Shown here: positions 55,213 to 64,000 of the stretch, in pieces
How the letters are laid out: every line of letters starts with the position of its first letter
Position numbering within the stretch: position 1 is the stretch's first letter
The notes under the pieces: generated by a model
What the model saw: the letters and a program-made list of their open reading frames with translations, nothing else
Told to the model about the DNA's origin: nothing
The model's database searches: none
Source of the DNA: a bacterium
GTDB lineage: Bacteria > Patescibacteriota > Minisyncoccia > UBA6257 > 2-01-FULL-56-20
DNA: 64,000 nt
Reading direction: 5' to 3'
Assembly (NCBI GenBank): GCA_027310625.1
Contig: DAIDAM010000002.1
Span: forward strand, 1,123-65,122
Made by a program: the position numbers and the translations under genes

Positions 55213-55590
55213 ATGATTAAAGGTAAAAATAAAAAAAGAGGACAGGCGATGATTTTAAGCGTTCTAACCCTCGGGACGGTGATGCTCGGTGCCTCCGCCA
55301 TCGCCGGCTTCCTCGCGATTTATCAAATTAGGTCGTCGTGGGACGCGGCTAATTCCGCGAAAGCGATTTTTGCCGCGGACACCGGAATTGAATGGGGACT
55401 TTACAAGTATTCCAAACCAACCTCAACAGCGCCCGCTCCGGTAATGTCCAATGGCGCTTACTATTCGGTTGTATGCTATGATTCGTCGCTCAATTCGATT
55501 GATTGCAGCAGCAGCGCCTCCGTATCTTTAATCAGGTCTTCCGGTCGTTCTTCCAATTCCAACCGCTCGTTTGAGCTGGGCATAAAATGA
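55213..55590 (+). CDS. Minor pilin (PilX-like)
   Basis: RGQAMILSV, AIFAADTGIE. Confidence 0.75.
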   Translation: MIKGKNKKRGQAMILSVLTLGTVMLGASAIAGFLAIYQIRSSWDAANSAKAIFAADTGIEWGLYKYSKPTSTAPAPVMSNGAYYSVVCYDSSLNSIDCSSSASVSLIRSSGRSSNSNRSFELGIK

Positions 55591-57656
55591 AAGGCGAGGA
55601 GAAAAGAAAAATTTCTTTAAGCGCCGCAAAAGAAAGAATAGAACACCTCAAAAAGGCGATAAAAAAATACAGGTACGAAAGATTGGTTTTCAACAAAGAA
55701 ATTATTTCACCGGAAGCGGAAGATGCCCTCAAGAAAGAACTTTTCGATTTGGAGGAGAAATTTCCGGAACTTATGACATCCGATTCGCCGACCCGGCGCG
55801 TCGGCGGAAAGCCGCTCCAGCAATTCAAAAAAGTGCGCCACGAGGAGCGCATGCTCTCGTTCAACGACGCTTTTTCGGGAAAAGACGTCGAGGACTGGCT
55901 TGGAAGGGTTTCGAATTATCTCGGAAGAAAAATCGCCGGCCCGTTTTACGCCGAGCTCAAAATTGACGGCCTCGCGATAGAACTTGTCTACGAAAACGGG
56001 ATTTTTGTTGAAGGTTCAACGCGCGGCGACGGCGAAATCGGCGAAGACGTAACGCAGAATCTCAAAACCATCGAAGCGATACCGCTGTCGCTAGACATCA
56101 GACATCAGACATCAGACATCAGAATCCCCGAACGTTTGGTTGTTCGCGGCGAGATTTTCTTGAACAAAAAAGAATTCGAGGCGATAAACCGCGAGCAGAA
56201 AAAAATGGGATTGAAAACTTACGCCAATCCGCGGAATGTCGCCGCCGGCTCGGTGCGCCAGCTTGACCCGAAAATAACCGCCAGCCGAAAACTCGATTCT
56301 TTTCAGTACGATATAGTCACAAATGTCGGCCAGAAAAAGCACAGCGAGGAGCATGAAATTCTCCACAAACTCGGCTTTCACACCAATCCGAACAATAAAG
56401 TTTGCGAGACGATAAAAGACGTTTTTGAATTCCACGATTACTGGAACAGGCATCGGGAGAAACTTCCTTACGAAATAGACGGCATCGTCATAATAGTTGA
56501 CGACAACAAAACTTACGATTCCGCCGGCGTCATCGGCAAAGCGCCGCGCGCCGCCATCGCTTACAAATTCTCTCCCAAGGAAGCGACGACCGTCGTTGAA
56601 AACATAAAAGTGCAGGTGGGGAGAACCGGGGCGCTGACGCCCGTCGCCGTTATGCGTCCCGTGCAGGTCGGCGGCGTGACGATTACGCACGCCACGCTTC
56701 ACAACGCCGACGAAATAAAACGGCTCGGTCTCAAAATTGGCGACACCGTCATCGTCAGCCGCGCGGGCGACGTCATTCCGCAGATAACAAGAGTTTTGAA
56801 AGAAATGCGGACGGGAAAGGAAAAGGAATTTGAAGTGCCGTCGCATTGCCCAATCGACGGCTCGAAACTTGTTCAGGACGGAGCGATTTTAAGATGCTCG
56901 AGCAAGACCTGCGCCGCGCGCCACAGGGAATCGCTTTATCACTTCGTTTCCCGTCCCGCTTTCGATATCCGCGGGCTCGGGCCGAAAATCATCGACAGAT
57001 TTTTGGATGAAGGTTTGATTTCGGATGCCGCCGACATCTTCGAACTTAAGGAAGGCGACATCGCGGCGCTCGAAAGATTCGGTGAAAAATCGGCGGAAAA
57101 TATCGTCGGCGAAATCGAAAGCAGAAAAAAAATTTCTTTGAGCCGCTTTATTTTTTCGCTCGGAGTTTTGCATGTCGGCGAGGAGACGGCGAATGTGCTT
57201 ACGCAACATATAGCATATAGCGTATCGCATATTGCAAAACCAAATGACATTTATAAAGCATTTCGCGGTTTGTCGCTTGAAAATCTGCAGGAGATTCGCG
57301 ACATCGGGCCGAAAGTGGCGCAAAGCATTCACGATTGGTTCCGCGAACAGAGAAACATAAAACTACTCGAAAAACTCGGGAGAGTTGGAATAGTGATAAA
57401 AAGCGACCAGCGACCAGCGACCAGCGGTAAACTCAAGGGAAAAACTTTCGTGCTCACCGGCGGACTGGAATCGCTAACTCGCGACGAAGCGAAAGAAAAA
57501 ATCCGCGAGCTCGGCGGCGACGTATCGGAATCAGTCAGTAGAATGATATCTTACGTCGTCGCCGGCAGCGAACCGGGGTCGAAATACGAAAAAGCACAAA
57601 AATTAGGCATCAAGATAATTTCGGAGAGAGAATTTCTCAACATTTTGAAGGGTTGA
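55587..57656 (+). CDS. ligA: NAD-dependent DNA ligase
   Basis: ELKIDG, TRGDG, NPRNVAAGSVRQ, QVGRTG, ATLHN, C-terminal BRCT. Confidence 0.97.
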   Translation: MKGEEKRKISLSAAKERIEHLKKAIKKYRYERLVFNKEIISPEAEDALKKELFDLEEKFPELMTSDSPTRRVGGKPLQQFKKVRHEERMLSFNDAFSGKDVEDWLGRVSNYLGRKIAGPFYAELKIDGLAIELVYENGIFVEGSTRGDGEIGEDVTQNLKTIEAIPLSLDIRHQTSDIRIPERLVVRGEIFLNKKEFEAINREQKKMGLKTYANPRNVAAGSVRQLDPKITASRKLDSFQYDIVTNVGQKKHSEEHEILHKLGFHTNPNNKVCETIKDVFEFHDYWNRHREKLPYEIDGIVIIVDDNKTYDSAGVIGKAPRAAIAYKFSPKEATTVVENIKVQVGRTGALTPVAVMRPVQVGGVTITHATLHNADEIKRLGLKIGDTVIVSRAGDVIPQITRVLKEMRTGKEKEFEVPSHCPIDGSKLVQDGAILRCSSKTCAARHRESLYHFVSRPAFDIRGLGPKIIDRFLDEGLISDAADIFELKEGDIAALERFGEKSAENIVGEIESRKKISLSRFIFSLGVLHVGEETANVLTQHIAYSVSHIAKPNDIYKAFRGLSLENLQEIRDIGPKVAQSIHDWFREQRNIKLLEKLGRVGIVIKSDQRPATSGKLKGKTFVLTGGLESLTRDEAKEKIRELGGDVSESVSRMISYVVAGSEPGSKYEKAQKLGIKIISEREFLNILKG

Positions 57657-57691
57657 TTTTCTTTTGTTGAAATAATATTATTTGTGGGCAT

Positions 57692-57768
57692 GCGGGCGTA
57701 GCGTAGCCTGGTTTTATCGCGCCTCCTTGTCAAGGAGGAGATCGCCGGTTCAAATCCGGTCGCCCGCG
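57692..57768 (+). tRNA. tRNA-Asp(GTC)
   Basis: gcgggcg...cctcc-ttGTCaa-ggagg...gccggttcaaatccggt-cgcccgcg. Confidence 0.93.
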
Positions 57769-57813
57769 CAGAAAGTTTTGACCGCCACTTGTTGGCGGTT
57801 TAAACTTTTTGTA

Positions 57814-58006
57814 CGACTGGATTTGAACAGGAAAGAGGTCGGGAGAACGCCCGTCCTCCGCAGTAGCGACTGCTACGGAGGATGGAGAAGTTTTCCCGAG
57901 ACGGAGGCAGCGCAGCGTTGGAACCACTGGGTTCCAGGATGCAACGAGCGAATGCGAGCGAGTAGTGAAATTCTCTGCCTGCCGGTAGGCAGGCGGTCGT
58001 CCGCGC
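57814..58006. other. tRNA-associated structured element bounded by an inverted T-arm copy and a direct 3'-end copy
   Basis: 57814-57828 is the reverse complement of tRNA 57748-57762 (14/15); 57994-58006 matches 57757-57769 (12/13). Confidence 0.55.
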
Positions 58007-58071
58007 CGGAAAAATAAGATAAAACACGGCCCACCGTTGCGGTGAGCCGCTTTCTGAAATCCGACGATTCC

Positions 58072-59478
58072 TCAAAGATTCCTCAAGTCAACCGGATCTG
58101 GGGATCTGTCGCGGTTTCTGAGTATTTTGACGAAATCATCAAACGTTGTGCAACCAAGCTTTCCCAAGTCGTGTCTTCTTTTTGAGACAAAGACGATAAA
58201 TTCATTCATTGTTGGGCGACTTGGGTCAGGAGGAACTCGCCAGTACCTATCGATTATCCTGAGAGATCTTGTTGTTATTCCCCCGACGTTTTCCAGCGAG
58301 ACGCCGTTGCCGATTGCCCTGCAAAGGAGTTGTTTGCTGAGCAGTGCGCGCCGGCCGTTATCCACCTGTTCACAGAGAAACCAAAGGACCTGGCGAGCCG
58401 CTTTCAGCTCGGCGTCATTCGGGATATCTGCATTTTTTTCTTTTACGGCCTGTTGTATCTGTTCTGCTGGCGGCGTGCTCGGCACCACAGAAAGGTGCGG
58501 CTTCGGTGGCGTTTCCTGCTCGATGATGAGCCGCGGCTTTTCCTTCGGTTGCAGCGCGTCTTTTTGTGGTTGAATAACTGCTGCTCTTTTTGGAATTTGC
58601 TTAGTTTCGGGGAGCGATGCCAAGTTCAATTCAAGCGCCCGCAGACTTTTTCTCAGCTCCTGCAGCTGCGACGCGAAGTTCCATCTTGTCGCCTTCGTGA
58701 AATGCCGCCACCCCTCAACTTGCCTGTCCGTCGGCAGATCGAGGAATGCCCTTATCACGAACGGAACCGCATTGCTACGAAGGCGGAATTGAAGCATTCG
58801 TCTGATCAGGCCTTCGGCGGTTTCAGGCAGCCGCGCGATTATTCTTGCTTCGCTTGAATCGCTTGCTTTAGTGAGCTGCTCGTCCAGTTCTGGGGGATCT
58901 TCGCCCGCGATAAGTTTCTGAGCGAGCTCGATTTGCTTCGCGTAACCCTTGAACTGAGCAAGGTTGTGTGCGGCACCCCTTCTTAGCTTGCCTTCACGAA
59001 TCATTTCTTTCACTACGAACGGCAGCTTGAGGAGCCGTAGCGCGCGATAGATGTCGTTCACGTTCTTGCCCGTGAATCCGGCGAGTTCAGCGACCGACAT
59101 TTTCTCGCGCTCCGTGCACTCTTTGTAAGCTTCCGCCTCATCGATGGGGTTCAAATCTTCTCTGTTATCGTTTTCGATGAGAGAAATGAGATACGAAGGT
59201 ACTTCTCCTTCGGCGACGTGGAAGTCAAATTCCTCCACGCCTATGAACTGGAGGGCGCGGAAACGGCGCTCTCCCGCGATAACGATGTACCGCCCTGCAA
59301 CTTCCGGATGCGGTTTTACGAGTATCGCGTAAATCATGAATCCGAAAGACTGGATGTTCGCCGCGAGCTTCTTCAGCCCCTCTTCAGGAAACACCTTTCT
59401 CGGTTGCCGCGGATCCCGGTCAACCAAATCAAGGCGAATCCTCTCGACGCGGCTCGGCAACAACTTTATCTTGTCCAC
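58072..59478 (-). CDS. ParB/Spo0J-family protein with long C-terminal extension
   Basis: DPRQPRKVF, IAGERRFRA, LIENDNREDLNPIDEAEAY, HTH; terminator-like hairpin at about 58027-58049. Confidence 0.85.
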   Translation of the reverse strand: MDKIKLLPSRVERIRLDLVDRDPRQPRKVFPEEGLKKLAANIQSFGFMIYAILVKPHPEVAGRYIVIAGERRFRALQFIGVEEFDFHVAEGEVPSYLISLIENDNREDLNPIDEAEAYKECTEREKMSVAELAGFTGKNVNDIYRALRLLKLPFVVKEMIREGKLRRGAAHNLAQFKGYAKQIELAQKLIAGEDPPELDEQLTKASDSSEARIIARLPETAEGLIRRMLQFRLRSNAVPFVIRAFLDLPTDRQVEGWRHFTKATRWNFASQLQELRKSLRALELNLASLPETKQIPKRAAVIQPQKDALQPKEKPRLIIEQETPPKPHLSVVPSTPPAEQIQQAVKEKNADIPNDAELKAARQVLWFLCEQVDNGRRALLSKQLLCRAIGNGVSLENVGGITTRSLRIIDRYWRVPPDPSRPTMNEFIVFVSKRRHDLGKLGCTTFDDFVKILRNRDRSPDPVDLRNL

Positions 59479-59570
59479 ATCGTTCTCCTTCTCGTCAGAT
59501 CTGGTTAGTCGGATTGTTGCGATTTTTCAACTGTTGCTGATGTTAATATATTATCTATATTTGACCTTCG

Positions 59571-60074
59571 TCAAATTAAAAGAACCGCAGCATAAATAAA
59601 AGCAATCGAAACCGCAACTTCCTGCAGAATTCCCCTCACCGGTTTTTCGTCTAGAAAAACTTTTGAGTGCGCTTTCTCGTGAAACAGTTGAAGGTAGTAA
59701 AGCGGTTTGGAGTTTGGGAAGCGGTGGTAGACAACCTGGAGGGCGTCGGGAAGGGCGCCGGCAAGCGCGCCGAGGAAAACAAGGAGAGAATTACCGGGAA
59801 AAAAGAATTGCGAAACTGCAAGCGAAATCCCCAGCCCGATTCCGAAATCAACCCCCGTTCTTAAAATGTCTTTCAGGAACTCCTCGTTGAATGCGAGTTT
59901 CTCGCCGAACGGCAGGGACTGGTCTTTGATTCTTGAAAGAATTCTGTAATGCCAGTGAGGGAAGGCGTCCAGAAGAAAATGGCTAAGGAACGCAAGCGCA
60001 ATTCCCGCCGCCGGATTTCCGCGGAATATAACCGAAATGGACGCTCCGGCTACGGCGTGAGTGGACAAAATCAT
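59571..60074 (-). CDS. Membrane protein, metal-dependent hydrolase-like
   Basis: STHAVAG, SHFLLDAFPH, ALPD, FHEKAH. Confidence 0.65.
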   Translation of the reverse strand: MILSTHAVAGASISVIFRGNPAAGIALAFLSHFLLDAFPHWHYRILSRIKDQSLPFGEKLAFNEEFLKDILRTGVDFGIGLGISLAVSQFFFPGNSLLVFLGALAGALPDALQVVYHRFPNSKPLYYLQLFHEKAHSKVFLDEKPVRGILQEVAVSIAFIYAAVLLI

Positions 60075-60182
60075 TACAGAGTCATTTTAAGCGCTGCAGC
60101 GATGCGCGGCAATTATTTTTGAAACCGTTAGGTTGTGGATTACTTCCCTTTTTTCAAGATTGGTTTTGGTATAATTGGGACA

Positions 60183-61097
60183 ATGGCCGCAAACCAACAA
60201 TTGAAAGATTACATCGCCCAGCAGACGAAACTCGGGGTCTCAAAAGACGCAATAAAAAGCGCGCTGATGAGCGCGGGGTGGAACGAGCCCGATATTCTTC
60301 AGGCGCTTTCCGAAACCGAAGCCGTGCCGCCGGAAATCCAGCCGGCAAAGCCATCTCCGATGGTTAAACCCGCCGAAAGTTCGCCGGTTTCGTTTGTCAC
60401 GAGCGACATATTCAAGCCGAAGGGGGACGATGTTTTCCAGCCGAAGGAGCCGATTCGGAGCGCGGTTTCCGAATCGAAGCCGGAAATTGTTTCTATGGAA
60501 GAAAAGGGAAAACGCTCATTGGCGGGGAAGTTGGCGAAAATTCTTGTCGGAGTTGTTTTCCTGACTCTTTTGGGAGGGAATGTTTATTTCTTTTTGCAAA
60601 CAAGAAACGCGGGTTCACAAGTTGATTCTCTCAATGTTACAAATACCGGCCTTGTCGCCGAAAAGGACTCGCTTTCAAGGGACAAAAGCAGTTTGACCGC
60701 CGAGATTGATTCATTGAATAAAACGATAGCGGAACTCAATAACCAACTTTCCATTTTCGCGGCGCAGCCGGCGAATTCTTCGAGTGGAATAGTTTCTTTC
60801 AAAATCAAGGGAACGATAAGTTTGGTGAAGCAGCAATATCTGCTGACGACGTCGCAGAACATAATTTTGACGGTTAAGAATTCAACTAACTCCTCCGTCA
60901 ACGCCGCTCTTAAGCTTTTTGTCGGAAAGGAAGCGGAAATCGCGGGCACGCATCAGGCGGGATCTCCGCAAGTGGATGTGACAACCATAAACGGCCAATC
61001 GCTGCAGGAGATAGTGAATGCCGCCGCTACGTCTACCGCAGCGACGTCAACCTCTGCTACGTCAACTACGCAAACCTCAACGAGCACGACGCCTTAA
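60183..61097 (+). CDS. Hypothetical membrane-anchored coiled-coil protein
   Basis: LKDYI...IKSALMSAGW N-domain, TM, coiled coil, ATST tail; TATAAT 7 nt before ATG 60183. Confidence 0.7.
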   Translation: MAANQQLKDYIAQQTKLGVSKDAIKSALMSAGWNEPDILQALSETEAVPPEIQPAKPSPMVKPAESSPVSFVTSDIFKPKGDDVFQPKEPIRSAVSESKPEIVSMEEKGKRSLAGKLAKILVGVVFLTLLGGNVYFFLQTRNAGSQVDSLNVTNTGLVAEKDSLSRDKSSLTAEIDSLNKTIAELNNQLSIFAAQPANSSSGIVSFKIKGTISLVKQQYLLTTSQNIILTVKNSTNSSVNAALKLFVGKEAEIAGTHQAGSPQVDVTTINGQSLQEIVNAAATSTAATSTSATSTTQTSTSTTP

Positions 61098-61098
61098 T

Positions 61099-62667
61099 TT
61101 AATATAAATCGGGCGCCGTAGCTCTCTCGTAATATTGTCCGAGTCCGAGAATTTCGTGGTCTTTCCATTGCCTGCCGATGAGTTGAAAACCGACCGGCAT
61201 CCCTTCCTTCCCGCCTGCGCCAAGGCTTTGGCGAGCAGGTTTTTCACGAACTGGAAGCGAAAGCGACGGCAAACCGGCGAGGTTCACGGGCACGGTGAAA
61301 ATATCTTCGAGATACATCGCCAGCGGGTCGCTCGTTTTTTCCCCGATTTTGAACGCCGTTCCGGGCGTAGTTGGGGCGAATATTACGTCAACGTCTCTGA
61401 AGGCGTTTTCAAAATCATTTTTTATTATGCTCCGCACTTGCTGCGCTTTTTTGTAGTAGGCGTCGTAATACCCCGACGAGAGAACGAAAGTGCCGAGGAT
61501 AATGCGGCGCTTGGCTTCCGCTCCGAATCCCCGCCCCCTCTGTCGGAAATAAATTTCCTCCAGCGCTGACATACGCGGACTTAACGCTGAATCTCGCTGA
61601 ATTTTTTCCGCGTTATTCCGTGTTCCGCCTGCGTTAGTCCGCGCGTTATGCGCAATGCGCGCATAACGAATGCCGTCAAACCGAGCAAGATTCGAGCTCA
61701 CTTCCGCCGGAACAATGATGTAGTAGCACGAAAGAGTGTATTTCGTGTGCGGCAGAGAAATTTTTTTGAATTTTACTCCCATGCTTTCAATTGTTTTCCT
61801 CGCCGTTTCGACGCATTTTTTAACTTCCTCGCTTACGCCTTCGACGAAATATTCTTCCGGGACGCCGACGACGAGATTTTTTATTTTTTCAAACTCCGGC
61901 TCGAGTATTTTTTTGTCGCTTCCGTTCGGCCCGTCGGCGCTGGTGGCATCGAGCGGGTCGCGTCCGCGGATGGCGTTGAAAATTATCGCGGCGTCCTCCG
62001 CGGTTTTTGCCAGCGGTCCGATTTGGTCCAAGCTTGACGCCATAGCTATCAAGCCGGAACGGGAAACGGCGCCGTAAGTCGGCTTGAATCCGACGACGCC
62101 GCAGAACGCCGCCGGCTCGCGTATCGAACCGCCGGTGTCGGAGCCGAGCGCGCCGAGCGCAAGATTCGCTGCAACTGCCGCCGCCGAACCGCCGGAAGAA
62201 CCGCCCGCAACCCGTTCCAAATCGTGCGGATTCCTCGTTATTTTGAAGGCGGAGTTTTCCGTTGAAGAGCCCATGGCGAATTCGTCCAGATTCGTTTTTC
62301 CGAGGAAGACCGCTTTTTCGGCTTTCAGTTTTTGAATCACGCCGGCGTCGTAGCTCGCGACGTAATTTTTGAGAATTTTCGACGCCGCGGTCGCCGGCTG
62401 GCCTTTTATTAAAATATTGTCTTTTATCGCCAGCGGAACGCCGGCAAGGAGACCGATTTCGTCGCCTTCGGCAAGCGAAACGTCAACGGCCTCCGCCTGG
62501 CGAAGCGCCTCCTCCTCATTCGCGCTCAAATAGGCGCCAATCTTTCCGTCGCGCTCCTTTATTTCGCCGAAGTACGCCTCGGCGATTTCAAGCGCGGAAA
62601 ACTCCTTTTTAAGGAGACCTTCGTGGAATTTTCCGATGGTGAGATTTTGCAAAGGTATATGAGCCAT
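61099..62667 (-). CDS. gatA: Asp/Glu-tRNA amidotransferase subunit A
   Basis: AIKDNI, GKTNLDEFAMGSSTE, GGSSGGSAAAV, GSDTGGSIR, SSNLARFDG. Confidence 0.96.
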   Translation of the reverse strand: MAHIPLQNLTIGKFHEGLLKKEFSALEIAEAYFGEIKERDGKIGAYLSANEEEALRQAEAVDVSLAEGDEIGLLAGVPLAIKDNILIKGQPATAASKILKNYVASYDAGVIQKLKAEKAVFLGKTNLDEFAMGSSTENSAFKITRNPHDLERVAGGSSGGSAAAVAANLALGALGSDTGGSIREPAAFCGVVGFKPTYGAVSRSGLIAMASSLDQIGPLAKTAEDAAIIFNAIRGRDPLDATSADGPNGSDKKILEPEFEKIKNLVVGVPEEYFVEGVSEEVKKCVETARKTIESMGVKFKKISLPHTKYTLSCYYIIVPAEVSSNLARFDGIRYARIAHNARTNAGGTRNNAEKIQRDSALSPRMSALEEIYFRQRGRGFGAEAKRRIILGTFVLSSGYYDAYYKKAQQVRSIIKNDFENAFRDVDVIFAPTTPGTAFKIGEKTSDPLAMYLEDIFTVPVNLAGLPSLSLPVREKPARQSLGAGGKEGMPVGFQLIGRQWKDHEILGLGQYYERATAPDLY

Positions 62668-62782
62668 AAAATTTAAGCGTAACTCAAATATCGCGAATCC
62701 GCGCGAATATAACGAATGAGAAGAGAGAAATTATTCGCCAAATTAGCACACATTTGTAGATTCGAGTTATGGTTCATTTGCA

Positions 62783-63118
62783 TTATTCAAAGACCGGCGG
62801 GACCTTCAAAAATCCGTTCTCCGTTTCCGGAAAAGCGTCGACGCCATCGCCGCGATTGGTGTTAATTCTTTCTTCGTCTTCGCGGAAAGCGTTTTTGAGT
62901 TCCGTTCCGCCGCTCACCGCGCCCGACTTCGCTATCGACGAAGTCGATGGCGGGCGGGTTGGTTCAACACCGGAAGTATCAAGCGATTTCAGCTCCTCAA
63001 AGTAATCAAGAATTTTTTGGAGGTCCTTCAAAAGTTTTTCTTCCTCGCGGGCGTCGAGTTTTATTCTGGAAAGTTCGGCAAGGTATTCAAGAGTTTTTTT
63101 GTCGATGTTCGACTTCAT
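62783..63118 (-). CDS. gatC: Asp/Glu-tRNA amidotransferase subunit C
   Basis: LAELSRI, ILDYFEEL, LDTSGVEP, FREDE, FLKVPPVF; directly upstream of gatA. Confidence 0.92.
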   Translation of the reverse strand: MKSNIDKKTLEYLAELSRIKLDAREEEKLLKDLQKILDYFEELKSLDTSGVEPTRPPSTSSIAKSGAVSGGTELKNAFREDEERINTNRGDGVDAFPETENGFLKVPPVFE

Positions 63119-63122
63119 GGGA

Positions 63123-64000
63123 TTATTTTAGCCCTTTTACGATTTTTTTAAACTTCTCGCCGCGGTCGGCGTAATCTTCAAACATATCGAAGCTCGTGGC
63201 GCCGGGAGAAAATATAATAGTGACCCGTGACCAGCGACCAGTGACCGGTATATTTTTAGCAAAATCATAAGCCCTGCGTACGGCCTCATTTAAATTTTTG
63301 CACATTATTACCGGTCTCTGGTCTCTAGTCCCTATTTTCTTAATTGCTCTTGCGATTTTGTTTTTATTTTCACCGAACAAAATTATCAGTTTCGTATTCG
63401 AACCCATCAACGCTCGCGCCAGCGGCTTATAGTCCAGATTTTTGTCCTGCCCGCCGGCAATTAAAATAAGTGACCTGTGACCGGCGACGGGCAACAAAGA
63501 TAATTTATTGTCTCTTGTCTCTTGTCTCTTGTTGCTAAACGCCATTATTGCCGCTATCGTCGTTTGCGGATTTGTGGACGCAGAGTCATTATAAAATTCA
63601 ATCGTCGCGGATTTACGCGGATTGTTGGGCGGATTTACGCGGATGTTATTTTTATTCGTGGCATTCGGATGTATTCGCAGATTCGGATTGCGTATTTGAC
63701 GGACGAATTCCAGGCGGTGTTCGTTGCCCCTGAAATTAACCGCAACTTCGCGAATTATTTTGTCCGGCACGCCGAGCGATTTTGCGACTGCCGCGGCCAT
63801 CACGGCGTTTTTAAAATTGTGGAAACCCTTAATCTTCAAGTCGTTCGGCGAAAATAATCTGAAGGTTTTTTCATCAACGCCGATTTTTTTACCTTTTCCG
63901 AAGTCGGCGATTTTTTTGCTTAAGGTGCTATTTTTTCCGCCCGAGGCGGAAAAGAAGAATATTTTATCGCCCGGCTTTTGATAACGCGCGATGTTTGCCT
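63123..64000 (-). CDS. murD: UDP-N-acetylmuramoyl-L-alanine--D-glutamate ligase, N-terminus outside the window
   Basis: Frame open to the window edge; HNFKNA, FRGNEHRLE, YNDSASTNP, LIAGGQDK, FSPGATSFDMF..YADRG. Confidence 0.92.
   Translation of the reverse strand, partial: ANIARYQKPGDKIFFFSASGGKNSTLSKKIADFGKGKKIGVDEKTFRLFSPNDLKIKGFHNFKNAVMAAAVAKSLGVPDKIIREVAVNFRGNEHRLEFVRQIRNPNLRIHPNATNKNNIRVNPPNNPRKSATIEFYNDSASTNPQTTIAAIMAFSNKRQETRDNKLSLLPVAGHRSLILIAGGQDKNLDYKPLARALMGSNTKLIILFGENKNKIARAIKKIGTRDQRPVIMCKNLNEAVRRAYDFAKNIPVTGRWSRVTIIFSPGATSFDMFEDYADRGEKFKKIVKGLK

Noticed and set aside
57682-58075. Short ORFs over tRNA-Asp and its downstream element
   Set aside because: They overlap a clear tRNA and hairpin-rich DNA and have no protein features.
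57692-59478. Prophage or integrative element at tRNA-Asp
   Set aside because: No integrase or phage genes; the 3'-end duplication encloses only about 240 bp and excludes the ParB-like gene.

Overview
Bacterial chromosomal segment (genetic code 11). Gene content and style point to Patescibacteria/CPR, probably Parcubacteria; this is inferred, not searched. The backbone carries gyrA, rpsO-pnp, recA, ftsK, iscS, an HtrA protease, clpB, HU, an ECF sigma, comF, a type IV pilus/competence cluster (pilM-N-O, pilB, pilT, pilC, pilins, pilD), ligA, gatC-gatA, partial murD, three tRNAs and a large S-layer-like protein. Two things stand out. (1) A stand-alone retron-like reverse transcriptase (21416-22354, minus) is bracketed by two paralogous ~290-320 nt structured non-coding units. 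They share a 53-nt core (51/53 identical), have stems that differ in sequence but keep their pairing, and each has a promoter-like motif at the same spacing. No effector gene is visible. (2) Short inverted-repeat elements are dense across the window. Some enclose small cargo genes (GxxExxY, GIY-YIG, four-helix bundle). Others are empty versions of the same ends, and many sit in frame inside housekeeping genes. All structures and family calls were read by eye; no folding, alignment or database search was run.
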